From contig JBEWZL010000048.1 of assembly GCA_045837725.1 (NCBI GenBank), positions 62,001 through 126,000 of the forward strand: a DNA stretch of 64,000 bases, written 5' to 3'. This stretch comes from Vermamoeba vermiformis. Lineage: Eukaryota. The translations under genes were made by a program, and so were the position numbers. Position 1 is the stretch's first letter. Each line of letters starts with the position of its first letter. This document shows positions 30,041-42,931 of the stretch, one piece after another. Below the pieces are notes generated by a model, which saw nothing but the letters and a program-made list of their open reading frames with translations, was not told the DNA's origin and did no database searches.

Positions 30041-32450
30041 TTACATGTCGCCGTCAGTGCTGGACTTCAAATACTTCTTTTGGTAATCACTCAACGACGT
30101 CTGGGCCCAGTCTGGCAATGCACGGCGTTTAACTAGTGAGGTATATATATTAACATTGCTGTATAATAACGGTACTAACTGCTTCCTGGACTTACCTCCG
30201 TCACTAGATCCAGCGGATGTACTAACAGTTGATTTTGTTGTAATCTTCGCACTCGTAGTACTAGTATTGTTATTGCTGCTAGTAGGAGCTATTTTTTTCT
30301 TCTCGTCAACGCCCGTAGAAGGCTTTGGCTTAGTAGTGTTATTATTGGATGTCGCTGCAGGTTGTGGTTTTTTCTGTGGCACTTTCGCCGTTGATTTTTT
30401 CGTTTCTTGTTCGTGATCACTATTATCGCTATTATCGTCATCGCTATGCATCTTATTAGCCTTAATTGTTGATTTTTTGGCCGGTTGAGCGGCAGCTGGT
30501 TTGACCGGTGCCGTTGTATTTGCCTTTTTAGGCAATGCCGCTGATTTAGGGGCTATTTGAGTCCCTGGTTTTGACGGGTGTGAAAATTCCTTGAAATGTT
30601 GCGGATTTTGTCTGTAACAATTTGCTCCGTACTTGCACGGCGGTAGATCCGACTCAGCGTCTTGATCCATTTTATCCTCGTCATCGTTATCATTGTTATT
30701 ATTATCTTCTTCGACTTCCATATTGTCATCGTTATCATTGTGCTTCTTATTTACAATCGCTTCGTTCTCGTTGTCAGATTCTGGGTCGACATCCGCATCC
30801 AGATCCGCTTTTTCTTCATCGCCGTTATCATCATCGTTATTATTAACATTGCTATTGTTTAAGTGCGGATGCGAATATTGCTTAAAGTGCATCGGATTCT
30901 TTTGATAACAGCTCGCGCCATATTTGCACGGCACAAGTCCCGCGTTGCCCTTACTTCCGGCATTTGCAGCACCACTAGAGTTATTTGCAGACGCGGGATT
31001 TTTCTTTGCAGGACTCGTGCCCGGCGACTTCTTACTCTTGGGGGTAATATTAAGGACTTCCTCGACATTAATAGCCTTAATATTTGAGAACAAAATGGGG
31101 TCCTGCAACCGGATCAGAATCCAAAAAAAATATTCTTTTAAAATTGATAAAATTTACCTTATTACAGTCCGCAGGTGACCTCTTAATATGCTTCGCCTTA
31201 TTATCATCGTTGTAATTGTTGATTACATCTTCCCAAGTCACATCCTCTCGCACTCGCATAAACGAAGGAAATCTCGGCACACCATTGTTAGTGACCTCTT
31301 GATATTGAAAAGTGACTACTGAACCGATTGGCGGAGGATGTGTGTGTTCATATTCAGTGAATCCATTGCCTAATGTGAACTGCACTCCATTCGGACTAAA
31401 AAATAAAATTTTCGGGATCAGATCCGGATCCATTCTCCATCAACATTATTGATATTAATATAATATTTTGTATATAGCACGTACAGTTCGCATTCGAGGT
31501 GTCTATGTTTTGGATTTGTATTGCCTTTTCTGTAGCCAGTAACTTTAGCTTCTTCGTCATGAAATAATTTGACCTTCAATAATGTGTCTGAACGACCTCG
31601 CTCGTAAAAAGAGCCAGCTTGACGTAGCATAAGACCTTCGCCTATTAAATCGAATTAATATTAGTGTTTTAAATCAATAGTAACGAAAAAGATATTTCGG
31701 ATTTAGATCCGGGCTTTTACCTCCAGCTTCAAGGACGTCTTTTAAGGTGTCTTTAAGGTGCTTCAATCCAGTGCATTTCTTAACCGCTAATACGGCAATA
31801 TGAGTCGCATTGGCAGGCACGTTTGATTTTAAGTACTGCATCCGCTGTTCAAACGTTCCTTTCACTTTAGGTGCATCAAATACTACGAATTTGAGGTCTT
31901 TCCATTCTTCTTCAACTGGATTCTTAGTCTTTTTAACTATACTCGTTGTTTTTTGAAACAATCCACGACCAGCCCTGTCAAAAAACCAGATCTTATTTCC
32001 CGCCCAAATTTAAATGACAGATCGGACAAGCTGCCAAGCCATAGCACGAATTATATTGATATATTCATTATATATTTAATTAACGAGCTTATTTAATTCT
32101 TAAATGATTTTTAGCGGTTAAGATTTCTGATAAATAAAATAATTCCAATTAACGTTAGAAATTACGCACCATAATTCACCATCTAGGACTATATTAGGAA
32201 ACACTTCAGTAAAAAATGCAGGAGCATTAAATCGATTGCCAGATCGCGAGTAAAAATGTTTGCCGTCAAAATAAGCACGGATGCCATCCTAAAATGTAAA
32301 TAATCAGAATCGTAATTACTATTAATACCCGAATATTCATTTTTAATAATAATTACGCACCAGCTTTTCACTCATCCAGTAACCGGTCGGATCGATGCTC
32401 TCGTCCCATTTCTGGGCTAACATTACTTGCGAAGCCTCTGCTGCACTCAT
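30041..32450 (-). CDS. Minimal ATP-dependent DNA ligase (adenylation and OB domains) fused to two PBZ zinc fingers
   Basis: Motif I WMSEKLDGIRA; LDGELW; FVVFDAP; GGEGLMLR; LLKVK; GVPRFPSFMRVR. PBZ motifs PCKYGASCYQKNPMHFKQYSH and PCKYGANCYRQNPQHFKEFSH. Confidence 0.9.
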
Positions 32451-32749
32451 ATTCGTTTTAATAAATATAGTTGAATTCGAGTGCTGGTCTCGCGGATTAC
32501 AATAAAAAGGGGTCAGGCTTTTTCGTTAAAAGGTAAATTAATCTTCGATTCTGAGAATTCACTGTCGTTTAACTTGTACTACAACGCAATGATCGATTGG
32601 TTTTATGTGGTAAATATTACTTCATTTCTTTAGTCTTGAAAATATAGATCACATAATGTCTCATAGTCGTTGTACATCCAAAAAAAATTCAACAGGCGGA
32701 GAGATCGAGTTCATAATAAATGATATTTATTGAATTGTTATTTAAATAA

Positions 32750-34676
32750 TTATTGTTCTTCGCCTTCATCACCAACAAGTTCCTCAGGCGGTTCTGGCTC
32801 GACGAAATCTATGGCCCACAACCGTGTCAGTCCTTTTAGATTTTCTTCAATCTCGCGCGCTGCTGGGTCATTATAATCCATATTACTAATCATTAGAACT
32901 TGTAGAGTAGTCAAATGCGACAGATTTTTCCAGCCATGATCCAGGTGAGCGATAGACAAATCCGTTAAATCCGACAAAACTGTCAGTCGCAAGATATTTT
33001 CGTCGTTAAATAAAGTTTGCACTGCCAAACTTGTTAACGTTGTTATTTGTATAATTGTATCGATCCAATCTTCGTCAATATTTCCGCTGCACAGATCCAA
33101 TTTTTTCAACGGCAATTTAGCCAGTTGAGGATGATTATAGCCAGTAAGACGATCGGACTCAAAATATAATTCCGTGAGGTTCGTGAGTTCTCCAAGCACT
33201 CTTAATACTTCAGAACTAATAGGGCCACAAAATGTCAATGATTCTAGATTCGTCAATAATCTGATCTCCTTTGCTGGAATATCATACGCGTCAATCGCTA
33301 ACATTTTTAAGCTATCGAGTCCGTTTAACGGGAATTCTCTAAATAGTGGTGCTTCAGACATGACTGAGAGCTGCGTTAAATTTGAAAATTTAGCCAATAA
33401 CGAGAAATTCGAATAAGACTCCTCGTAATTGCCGTTCTCGTCTGCACTCTCAATGAGATCTATTCTCTTAAGTCCAGTAAGGTGCGTTATAGTGTTAAAA
33501 TTGAATCCATTTTCAAAGCGCAATTTTAAGCGAGTTAATTTTGCCACATCCACTTGCATTTTCATAAATCCATTGCCTTCTGCAGTAACAGCCATTTTTA
33601 GGCATGCCAAATTTGGTAAAGTTAATGAGGATAACCAATCAGACGAATGATACGTTTCTGTATCGATTTGAATCGACAAAACTTGCAGATTCGTTAAAGT
33701 TCCAACGGATCTGAAATATTCTTCTGTAATACTCTTAGCTCTTTTGATATGGAGTGCTGTTAACTTTGTATTATTATGAATGTCTGGATCGATTTTAATT
33801 GCGTCTATTTTCAGCAGTTCTAACGAGGGAACTTTGCTGTAGTTGATCGGATCCGAAATTGCTAGCTTTTCATCGTCAGATAGGCCGTGATATCCTTCTA
33901 CGTAGTCTCTAAGATGTAGCTCTTTCAAATTTGTAAATCTTGCTAAATTGTGGTCGTCATTAATGGTGTCCAAAATAAGTTTTGTTAATCTTGACGGATT
34001 TTAGGATCAAATCCAAAGGAACAACTGTTTCTCCCGACTTCTTAACCGAAAATAGCATTAAATCTTCTATACCAGTATTCGTTTGTAATACTTCCATATG
34101 CTCTTCTGTATTATCAAATACGCTTATTGAGCTCGGGATGTGTTTTGAGATCGACGAAGGCAATGGCGCTGTTACATCGAGGTACTTTAAATTCGTATAA
34201 TATTTCAGTAATTGTTGCCAATCGTCAACTTTAGCGTCTTCTTTGATTTCAGTTATTTTCAACGAGGTCAGATTTGACAATGTTCCGATGTGAGTAAGCA
34301 ATAATTGCTCGCCTAATCGCACGTTCTTCTTAAAATACAAGCCAATAGGCTTATTATACTTTGAAAATCGATTAACGATCTCCGGTAGTGTCTCTGGTCG
34401 GGTGTAATACAACGTGAAATTTGAGTAGTCGATCAGATCGAACCACCTCGTGCATACTGCTCTTGATTGTCGCGTGCTTTTATCGTCCAAGCAAGAGAAT
34501 ATATGTTGCTTGAGGATCTCGGTGGGTAAACCTTCCTACAGCCAGAGCCAGGTCAGATTCGTTAAAAATATTGTCTAACAAATACACTCCAATACTATTT
34601 GCAAAAAATACTATAATATTTATGGTAATTATTAAAATTAAAAGGAGGTTATTTACTTGAAATGCTTTCTTACCAT
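32750..34676 (-). CDS. F-box/LRR protein with an apparent +1 frameshift near 34000
   Basis: First exon codes only ATG, spliced to EGLPTEILKQHIFSCLD (F-box); many LTNL.L repeats. The two ORFs join if one base of the T4 run near 34000 is removed. Confidence 0.65.
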
Positions 34677-34869
34677 TTGGCTGGATCGTGCGTAGTTCTG
34701 TCCTGACGCTCACAAACAGACTAATTTATTATCATGCTGGCCATAAATAAATAATGTTGTTGTTTCGATACGGGACTGTAACACAAAACAAGCCCAATTT
34801 CTTCTTTGGTCCCGTATTGAGGCCACAAAAAGTTTCAGAAACAAAGTTTAATAAGTTAAAAATCTATAT

Positions 34870-37800
34870 TTACAATTCTTCCATTGATTGCATCTCTGCT
34901 GGCACTTCAACTCGTTGTTGTTGTCTCTTTTTACAAACGAGACAGCACAACAGCGCGTAAAATGAGCCTTGATGACGGACTGGACCCATGAATGAGAGCA
35001 GCGCAGAGAAGAAAAACAACGTGAATACGACACTCAAGAAACTGTTGACCGCGATAATAACACCAAAGGTAACAAAGACTAAATGGAAAAAGTCAGATCG
35101 GATCCAAAAAAATCCGTGCGAGCGTCGTAGTTGGTACGTACTTTGTACAGTGCAGAATAACAAGATAAAGACGGCACCCATAGTAGTTAATGAGCCACTC
35201 ACGACTGAGAAGCCCATGCTAGTAAGCGCGTGTCTGAGCTTATTGGAACGTGACTCGGAGTACTTCAAGTTGTAGGTCTCGGCGATGTGAATACAATAAT
35301 CCTGTTCATCACGTGAGAAAATGTTGCTGAGAGTGACTTGCACGTGGTAACTTACGACTGAGAGACCAACGAGGACTGTAATACTGAGTGCTTCAACGAC
35401 ACCGAGGGACCAACCAAAGATCCAGAAACAACCCAGCATGACTGCAATGTTGCCGAGGACCGACACAATGGCGAGAATAGACACAACCAGGTTGCCCGTG
35501 AACACGAGGATAGAGCCGAGAGCAACAATAGCCGAGACTATCAGACCCCATTTAATGCCACTGACAGCTACTACTTCGGTGATCATAATGTCCCATGCAT
35601 GTGTTGTATGGAACGCTTGTGCCTTGGGCGAGAGTTGATTCACTTGAGCGATGAGTTCATTCCATTTCAAGAAATCGTTGTAGTTCTCGAATGACGTGCG
35701 GCCTTTCACAATGGTCTAGAAAAAAAATTAGATCTTGATCTCGTAAGGCACGATCTCCAGCCAAAAATCTGCACGTGCTCTTGGCAAGATTAACAAAATA
35801 GGAAAGAAGAGCAAAAAAGAAATGCCGCGACCCGGGATTGAACCGGGGGCCTCTAGATCTTCAGTCTAACGCTCTCCCAACTGAGCTATCGCGGCTTGTT
35901 TCGTGACCGACCACTCGCCCCAAACGAGCCGGGTCATAACGACCTCTATAATAACCCACTAACGCTGACTTACCGTTTGGAAGTGATATCGGACCCATCT
36001 GATATTGATCTTGTCAGTTCTGTTGTTAATCAGTTCAAAACCAACGTCCCAGAGCCAACTCTGATCCAGTCGTGCCATAGTGCCGATGAACTGCGCAGAC
36101 AACAAGTAGAAATTGCCTTTGTTCAAGACTGGGAATGACATTCTCTTCTTTATCAGCCACTCTTTGAAGTTCTGTGACAAGGGTTAGTTTCAAATAAAGA
36201 AATTTCTAAGTAACGTACCTGCATGTAACAACGAGTCTTGCCAGGCTGCACGAGCTCAGAATTGTTTGAGATCATGATGCACGCTGACAGTAATGCTCGC
36301 TGAACTTCCGGATCTGCAACCTCAAAATCGGGATCGTAGATAACGTTTCCTGATTTTTCCTAATTTGGCAATAATAGTTAGCCACGCACGCTACATTGTA
36401 ACCAATCCTTACTTGGAAGATGTTGTTGGGATCAAAGCCAGTCGCGTCCAAGCCCTTAATACCGAACACAACATCGATTTCTTCGAAGTTGACTTGGTTC
36501 TTGTAGCACTCGTTGTTGCCTCCGCAGACACCACATTGATCGAACTTGGTAGCTGTAACATGAAGACGTCAGTCTCATACTATTATTATAATATCAAGGC
36601 CGTACTTGAATAAGGCACGTGATCGCAGCCACCGCAAGTCGTGTTGTCACCACCGCAGACACCACATCCGTCGATTGTTTTGTTCGAGTACAAAATGCCG
36701 TCACAACCACGACATGAAGTGCTATCACCACCACAGACACCGCAAGCGTCCAATTTCTTGCCTGAGTTTGGTTTACCATCACAACCCAAGCACGCGTTGG
36801 CGCCACCGCAAACACCGCACAAATCAAGTGTTTTGTTGGAATTTTTGACACCGTCACAGCCTGTCAAACGGTTAATTATTGTAGAAATCAAAAGGTCTAT
36901 TCGAGACGTACCCAAACAATCATTCTTGCCACCGCACACGCCACACTGGTCAACTTTCTTGCCCGAGTTAGGCACGCCATCGCAACCAGCGCAAGAGCTG
37001 CCGTCGCCAGCACAGACGCCACAAGCGTCCAATTTCTTGCCTGAGTAAGGAACGCCATCACAACCAGCACACGAAGTGCCATTGCCACCGCAGACGCCAC
37101 AAGGATCATAGCCTTGAGGACATCCGCTGATTGGAGCAGCAACAGGCGGGTTAGGATTGGACACTGGTGCTGAAACGGGTACAGTGACTGGAGGACGCGG
37201 AGCCAATGGTGCTTTGACAGGAGGGGAGACAGGGGTTGGTGTTGTGGCTACAGGCGGAGAAACAGGTGTTGGAGGTTTGACGGGCGGAGGGCTCGGTGTC
37301 TGTTGTACAGGAGGATTGGTGCACGATGAGCCGTCACCGCCACAAACACCGCAAGTGTCGTACTTCTTGCCAGAGTTAGGCACGCCATCACAACCAGCAC
37401 ATGAACTGCCGTCACCACCGCAGACGCCACAAGCGTCCAATTTCTTGCCGGACTTGGGCACACCGTCACATCCAGCGCACGTGCTGCCATCGCCACCGCA
37501 AACACCGCAAGCGTCACGTGTCTTGTTTGACCATGGGATCCAATCACAGCCAGCACAAGTCGAGTTCGTGCCGCCACAGACACCACAAGCGTCCAGTCGT
37601 TTGTTAGAACCAGGCACGCCATCACAGCTGACGCAAGAAGTGCCGTTACCACCACAAACACCGCACTTGTCGCGGAACAGGAAGGCCGCGCAACTTCGCG
37701 GGATTTTGCCCGTGCAATCACGACACGTGTCACAATTGCCGTTACAAACACCACAAATATCTTTTGTGGCCCCTGAGTTCAGCACACCGTCACAGCCGTA

Positions 37801-40746
37801 CTTGAGATTAGGATCCAAGCTGATAGCCGCACCTGTCGAGTAGAACAAGCCGTTCAATTCCCAGTTCAAGAATCGTTGCAAGTTACTCGATGACGGGAAC
37901 AAGGTTGGCACGTGATCTGAAGTGCGCAGCTGAGTTACTGAGAAGATTGAAGCGCCAATGACCAGGGCAAAGACGACGATAATGATGACACGTCGTTTTT
38001 CAATCATAGGTGCGAACTTGAAGCGGAAGAATCGTTCAGCATAATTATACCCTTGGCCACTCTCGTCTAAATCACAATTAGCTCCCTAAGAAATTTCACA
38101 CGACCGTCAGACACTTACCGCTATCAGAGTCCTCGCTGCTGACTTCAAATGAAGCCAATTGAGTGCTCGAGTATTTCATAGGCTTGTAAGCAACGCGATT
38201 GCTAATCGAGTTCCAAAGCTTTCGCATCGGATCAAATCGCTCGAGTCTCTTCTTCCAGTGCCTCTCCCAAATGACCAAGACAGCTGGGTACCATGAAATA
38301 GCCATAAAGTAGTTGAGCATCACGAGCATGCCCATGAAAATACCGAAAAATCTTAAGGCGGGAATGGTTGACACGGCATTGATACCGAAGGAAGCAGCGG
38401 TCGTAAAACTCGTGACTTGTGATATTGGTTAGATCTTGGACAGTAGTCAATAGGGAGTTACTCTAACTTACTAAAAGTTGCTTTTGCAGCGTGTCTTATA
38501 GTCTGTGCAAGACGTAGTTCAACGTCGTTAATGTTCTCATAGTGCTGGAACATGTTGAAGAACACGAACAAATCTGAACAATTGTTAGTATTAATAATTG
38601 AGTATGATCGTGATCTTATCTTACCATCAACACCAACACCGATAATGACAAACAAAGCTAAGACGTTCAATACACCAACGTGATCGACTTGCAAAATGAC
38701 ACGGAAGATGAAGTAGACACTTGGCACGAGGTGATTAGCCATGTCTTGCTACCATTCATGAAAATAATATGCTACTTACGTTGGGAACGAGAAGCAGATC
38801 ATTAGCATGCCCATGAATGAAGGGAAGAACGAGCCCATGGAGACGTACATCACTGTAAAGAGGGTCAGATCCAAATTTCCGAAAACTCAGATATTTGCTA
38901 CTTACACAAGAATACGACGGTCAAACTAGCAAGGGCTAATGTAGCATCACCCCAAACAGTTTGAAGAATTTCGTGGTCAGTGAGTGAATTTCCACCGAAC
39001 ATGATTGGTAACTCGTCCGAATCGAGGCTCTTAAAGAACGACAGCTTGGAGTTGATGAATTCGCGGAACTTTTGCCACTGCTCTTCTCCCTTTTCTTCGC
39101 TATATTGCACCAAAATAAATATTGAGGCAACAACTGTAGGAAAATTTTAGGGTCTCAAAGTACCTCGAGTAGAAGCCCTTGACAGGTCTGCCGAATCTGA
39201 ATTGAATGCGGAAGTACTCGCTGACGGGACTCGCAGGCTTGAATCTCTCGTCTGTGAAGTGATAAATGCCTTGTCTGAACACTGCTGTCAGTGCCTCAAT
39301 GAGATCTGCTTGTGTATCGCCTTTGCCGTCAGGAATACCGACACCTGCGCATCAATAAGTAACACAGTCATATTATTAGTATTGTAATAGGTACCTGTAG
39401 TCGGATCATGTGACGGGTAAAAGAATGGCAGCAAAGATTGAGGTTCTTCGCATTGCAAAACTCCTTTGTCTGAAAATGCTTGATTAGCACTGCATCATCT
39501 CGCTGAACATTAATATAATATGCCCTTACAAAAAGTAGTCGTGCAAAAGTCAGTGTAGCCTTCAATAGCCTCCACTCGCTTCTTGATCTCGTTCATCTTC
39601 TCGATATACTCTGGCGTGATGACATTGCCGCCTTTCTTCGGGGCAAAGAACACGAGATGCACGCTCCAAGTACTATCTCTGGACTGCGTAGTGCGCAATA
39701 CCTGTGCATTACCAATGTTAGAATATTTCCAGTAATTGTCTGTTTTACGAAACGTGTTTTCGAAAACCTCGGGTGAATTATTACGAGCGTGCTAATTATA
39801 GTATGAATATCTTCGTCCAAATTTACATTTAATCTTGCTATTATATTTGAATAATTTCAGTTTCGGAAACGCTTACCTGTGATCCAAGTTTATAGTCTTG
39901 AGTAATGCTTAATCCAAACGAAAGACCGTCCTTAGTGGTATATTTATAGTCCAAAGGCAATGATAAGTTGATGTTATCAATATTGGACAAAGAGTCAAGT
40001 TTCCACTCCGGATGCGCAAATCCTTTGAAAAAGTCTGGAACTGAATCCACGGAACCAGATGCTGATGCAGACGATGAAGGGAGATATCGTTGAAGGATGT
40101 CCCACCATGTTATTAGGAAGTGATAATAATCATTCTGTGCGGCTTTAAATGCCTGAAAAGTAACGCAAGATCTGTCAGCAAACAAGTGACAGTTAATACC
40201 ATACTACGATCATACCTCGATTTGTATAATGACTTCGTGACCTCTGGCACGAAAAGAACTCAAACTGTAGTCGATCTGGACCGGATAAGTGACTGCAATC
40301 CCTGTTAACACGATCTACCACAAAAAATGATTAGTTCCAGAATAATGTTAGTAATATTAGATGAAATTGCAACTTGTATTAATATCATTTGGGGTGGTAA
40401 TGCTTCGAAATTGATGTCATGTGCAATTACGGGTGAATTTCTGCTCGGAAACAAACGAGACAGATTCAATTTCCCAAACAAAATAAAATAGATAATTAAT
40501 ATTACTTACGGGAATAGCAGCAAAAAATATAAGACTTAATATGGGAAATCTTGCGATGATCGTGGCGTACCACAGCTTCTTGTATTTGGACATGAACGGT
40601 TTATCAGATTCATCATCGTCATACTTTCTTATCGTGTCCTCTTCTTCACTGTCGCGCCTTTCTCCGAATACTTGAAGGTCGTCTTCTTCATTATCGAACC
40701 TGCTTAATGCAAGCTCAACTTGATCATCCAAAGTTCCTTTGCTCAT
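34870..40746 (-). CDS. Dispatched/Patched-family (RND/SSD) 12-TM protein with a Cys-rich repeat insertion
   Basis: SSD motif IIGVGVD|DLFVF; TSFTTAASFG; IPALRFFGIFMG; second-half motif LVGLSV|DYCIH; VVSGSLTT; multi-exon. Confidence 0.85.
35823..35895 (-). tRNA. tRNA-Phe (GAA), inside an intron of the Dispatched-like gene
   Basis: GCCGCGATAGCTCAGTTGGGAGAGCGTTAGACTGAAGATCTAGAGGCCCCCGGTTCAATCCCGGGTCGCGGCA, 73 nt, full cloverleaf, followed by a T-run. Confidence 0.97.
36500..37800 (-). repeat. About 13 Cys-rich coding repeats (GCDGVPNSGKKLDACGVCGGDGSSC) split by a Pro-rich linker
   Basis: Visible in the ORF 36586-38007 translation and in the next exon. Confidence 0.9.
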
Positions 40747-41065
40747 AAATGCAACTTATTGGTCAAAGAAACTAAGGATTTGAAATATATCTATAAATAC
40801 AATTTTTACAATATATACAGAGATGTGGTCGTTATGTCTTGTGATGGAACAATTTGAAGACAAATTAAGAAAAATTGTTTTGGTCTCGTGTTATTGCAAC
40901 GAATCACTCGTATGAGCACTTGAAAACTCTTCTACAAGGTAATGGTTACCTTTTGATCATGCGCAGATTTGACGCTGCAAATACCGGCAAGAACCTTGGG
41001 CCAAATCCAGCGGAAGAATTTCCACTTCGGTCATTAAAACCACATTGCTCCGTGCGTAACGATAT

Positions 41066-41518
41066 TTTAATAGTACAATAATACATAGGAGTCTAAATCA
41101 GCTGAAGTTATTGTTTGACTCCATTTACGAACTTGATACCAAAATCTTTTTCCAATATCATTTGCTCGATCTTGGATTGAGGTTTATAGCCTGATATAAT
41201 AAAAATCTGTCTTAATTATGGATGTTTCTAAAGTGTGGGTTGTTAGTATTACCTCTGGGAAGAGATCGAGGATCAAAACCTCCATCCGTTTTAATAGCGT
41301 ACTTTGGCTCAGGATTTTCCTTTGGAGGCTCTACTAATTTTCTACACATTTAAATTAATATTATTGGACTTAATATTGCAAGATAATAATTGAACTGTCA
41401 AAATCAAATTGACTTTTACTCAAACAAAATCTTACTTCAGACTCGCGCCTTGACTTGCAGCGGTGACTTTAACACCTTTAAGTACTTCTTCTATTTCGCG
41501 ATCTTCTTGGCTTGTCAT
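41066..41518 (-). CDS. Small hypothetical protein (3' end uncertain)
   Basis: ATG at 41518; three exons joined by canonical introns keep an open frame (MTSQEDREIEEVLKG...PRSLPRGYKPQSKIEQMILEKRFW). Confidence 0.45.
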
Positions 41519-41633
41519 CTTGCTGTTCGGATAGCGTTCAATGATTCAATTTCAAAAAATAAAAGATTTTTTGTTGCAACCCGTAAACACAGTTGGATCC
41601 GATCGTTTGGCTAAATTTGGACTTATCGTAACT

Positions 41634-42810
41634 ATGAGTATACTAAAGAATCCAGAGTACTCATTTCCTCCTGAAGTCTGGGTCAACATTTTTCGTTTTG
41701 CGGACCCAGATCTCATTTTCGATCTAGAAGACGTATGCACATTTTTTAGACAAGAATTAAATAATAAAATATTTCCTGGCAATATTGCTGTAAATCGCGG
41801 TACGTATTAATAGCGACTGTTCGATAAAATATTAATATTGTATTTTAATTATTAATTTAATTTGTCGATTTTAAATACAAATCGCTGGTTAATCTTGTAG
41901 TATAATAGAATTAATTAGAAAATTTCGGAATCGTCGCGCAACAATTCCAACCGTTCATAAAATCGACCTTGAGGCAAAACCGTTAGAATTCAATATTGGA
42001 CTCGTTGGCGAAGAAGGCGTTGGTAAAACTAGCTTATATACAGCATATGCACAAAAATCACCGATTATGATCAACTTAATGTACGGATCTGGCGACAGAC
42101 CTGTAAGCTTCGTTATCAAAAAGCTGCTAACGTTACTAACGACCGAAATAATCTATTAGTTCATTACTAAAGCTAAATACGAAGGTCATGAAGTTATTTT
42201 TAAGCTCGTAAGTAATATTTACTGTGTTTCGATTCAACTTAAAGTTTGATTCTAACGCGTGTCCAGGTCGACTTAGAACGCTTTTCAGGGCAGTTTGAAC
42301 CACCTAAACTTGACTTTAGCACCGCGCATGGTGTTATGCTATGCTACGATGTGACGAAAACAGCAAGTCTTGCCTCTTTGCTCAAATTCTGGCTGCCCTA
42401 CATTGTCGCCAAGTCACCGAGTAACACCGTGTTTTTCCTCGTGGCTACAAAGACTGAAACGCCAGAACGCGAACGAAAAGTATCTCAATATATGGGAGAG
42501 GCACGTTAGAATATATTATAGTTCCTGTGAGTATTTACTAACGTATCGTTGGCTCCAGTCTATTGCGCAAATATTACGGATGCAGTATTGGGAAGTCAGC
42601 TCGGTGAAATACACAAATATTACGCAGCTATTTGCTAGCATGCACAGTGCAATAGTTCACGAATATCATACGTAAGTACAAATTGAAGTAATGGAGATCT
42701 TGCCATGGCTAACTCGATCGAATTCTAGCTCTGATCCAGCAGAGCCAAACGGAGGCAAATCGCATAACCATCATCACCACAACGCCAAAGACAAATGTTC
42801 TGTAATGTAA
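41634..42810 (+). CDS. F-box plus divergent Ras-superfamily small GTPase fusion with CaaX end
   Basis: F-box FPPEVWVNIFRFAD...LEDVCTFF; P-loop GEEGVGKTS; VMLCYDVT; FLVATKTE; YWEVSS; ends KDKCSVM*. Confidence 0.8.
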
Positions 42811-42931
42811 ATAAAGACGTTTCGTTCCTATCTTGAAATTTACGAAATGGAATTCACAAAAGCAAAAAAAAACTCGAATTCAACCGGCAATAATTTATTT
42901 TGTCGATCAGATTGATTACAACACGTCTCAA

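Noticed and set aside
37157-37843. Long + strand ORFs over the Cys-rich repeats
   Set aside because: Antisense shadows of the repetitive Dispatched-like exon.
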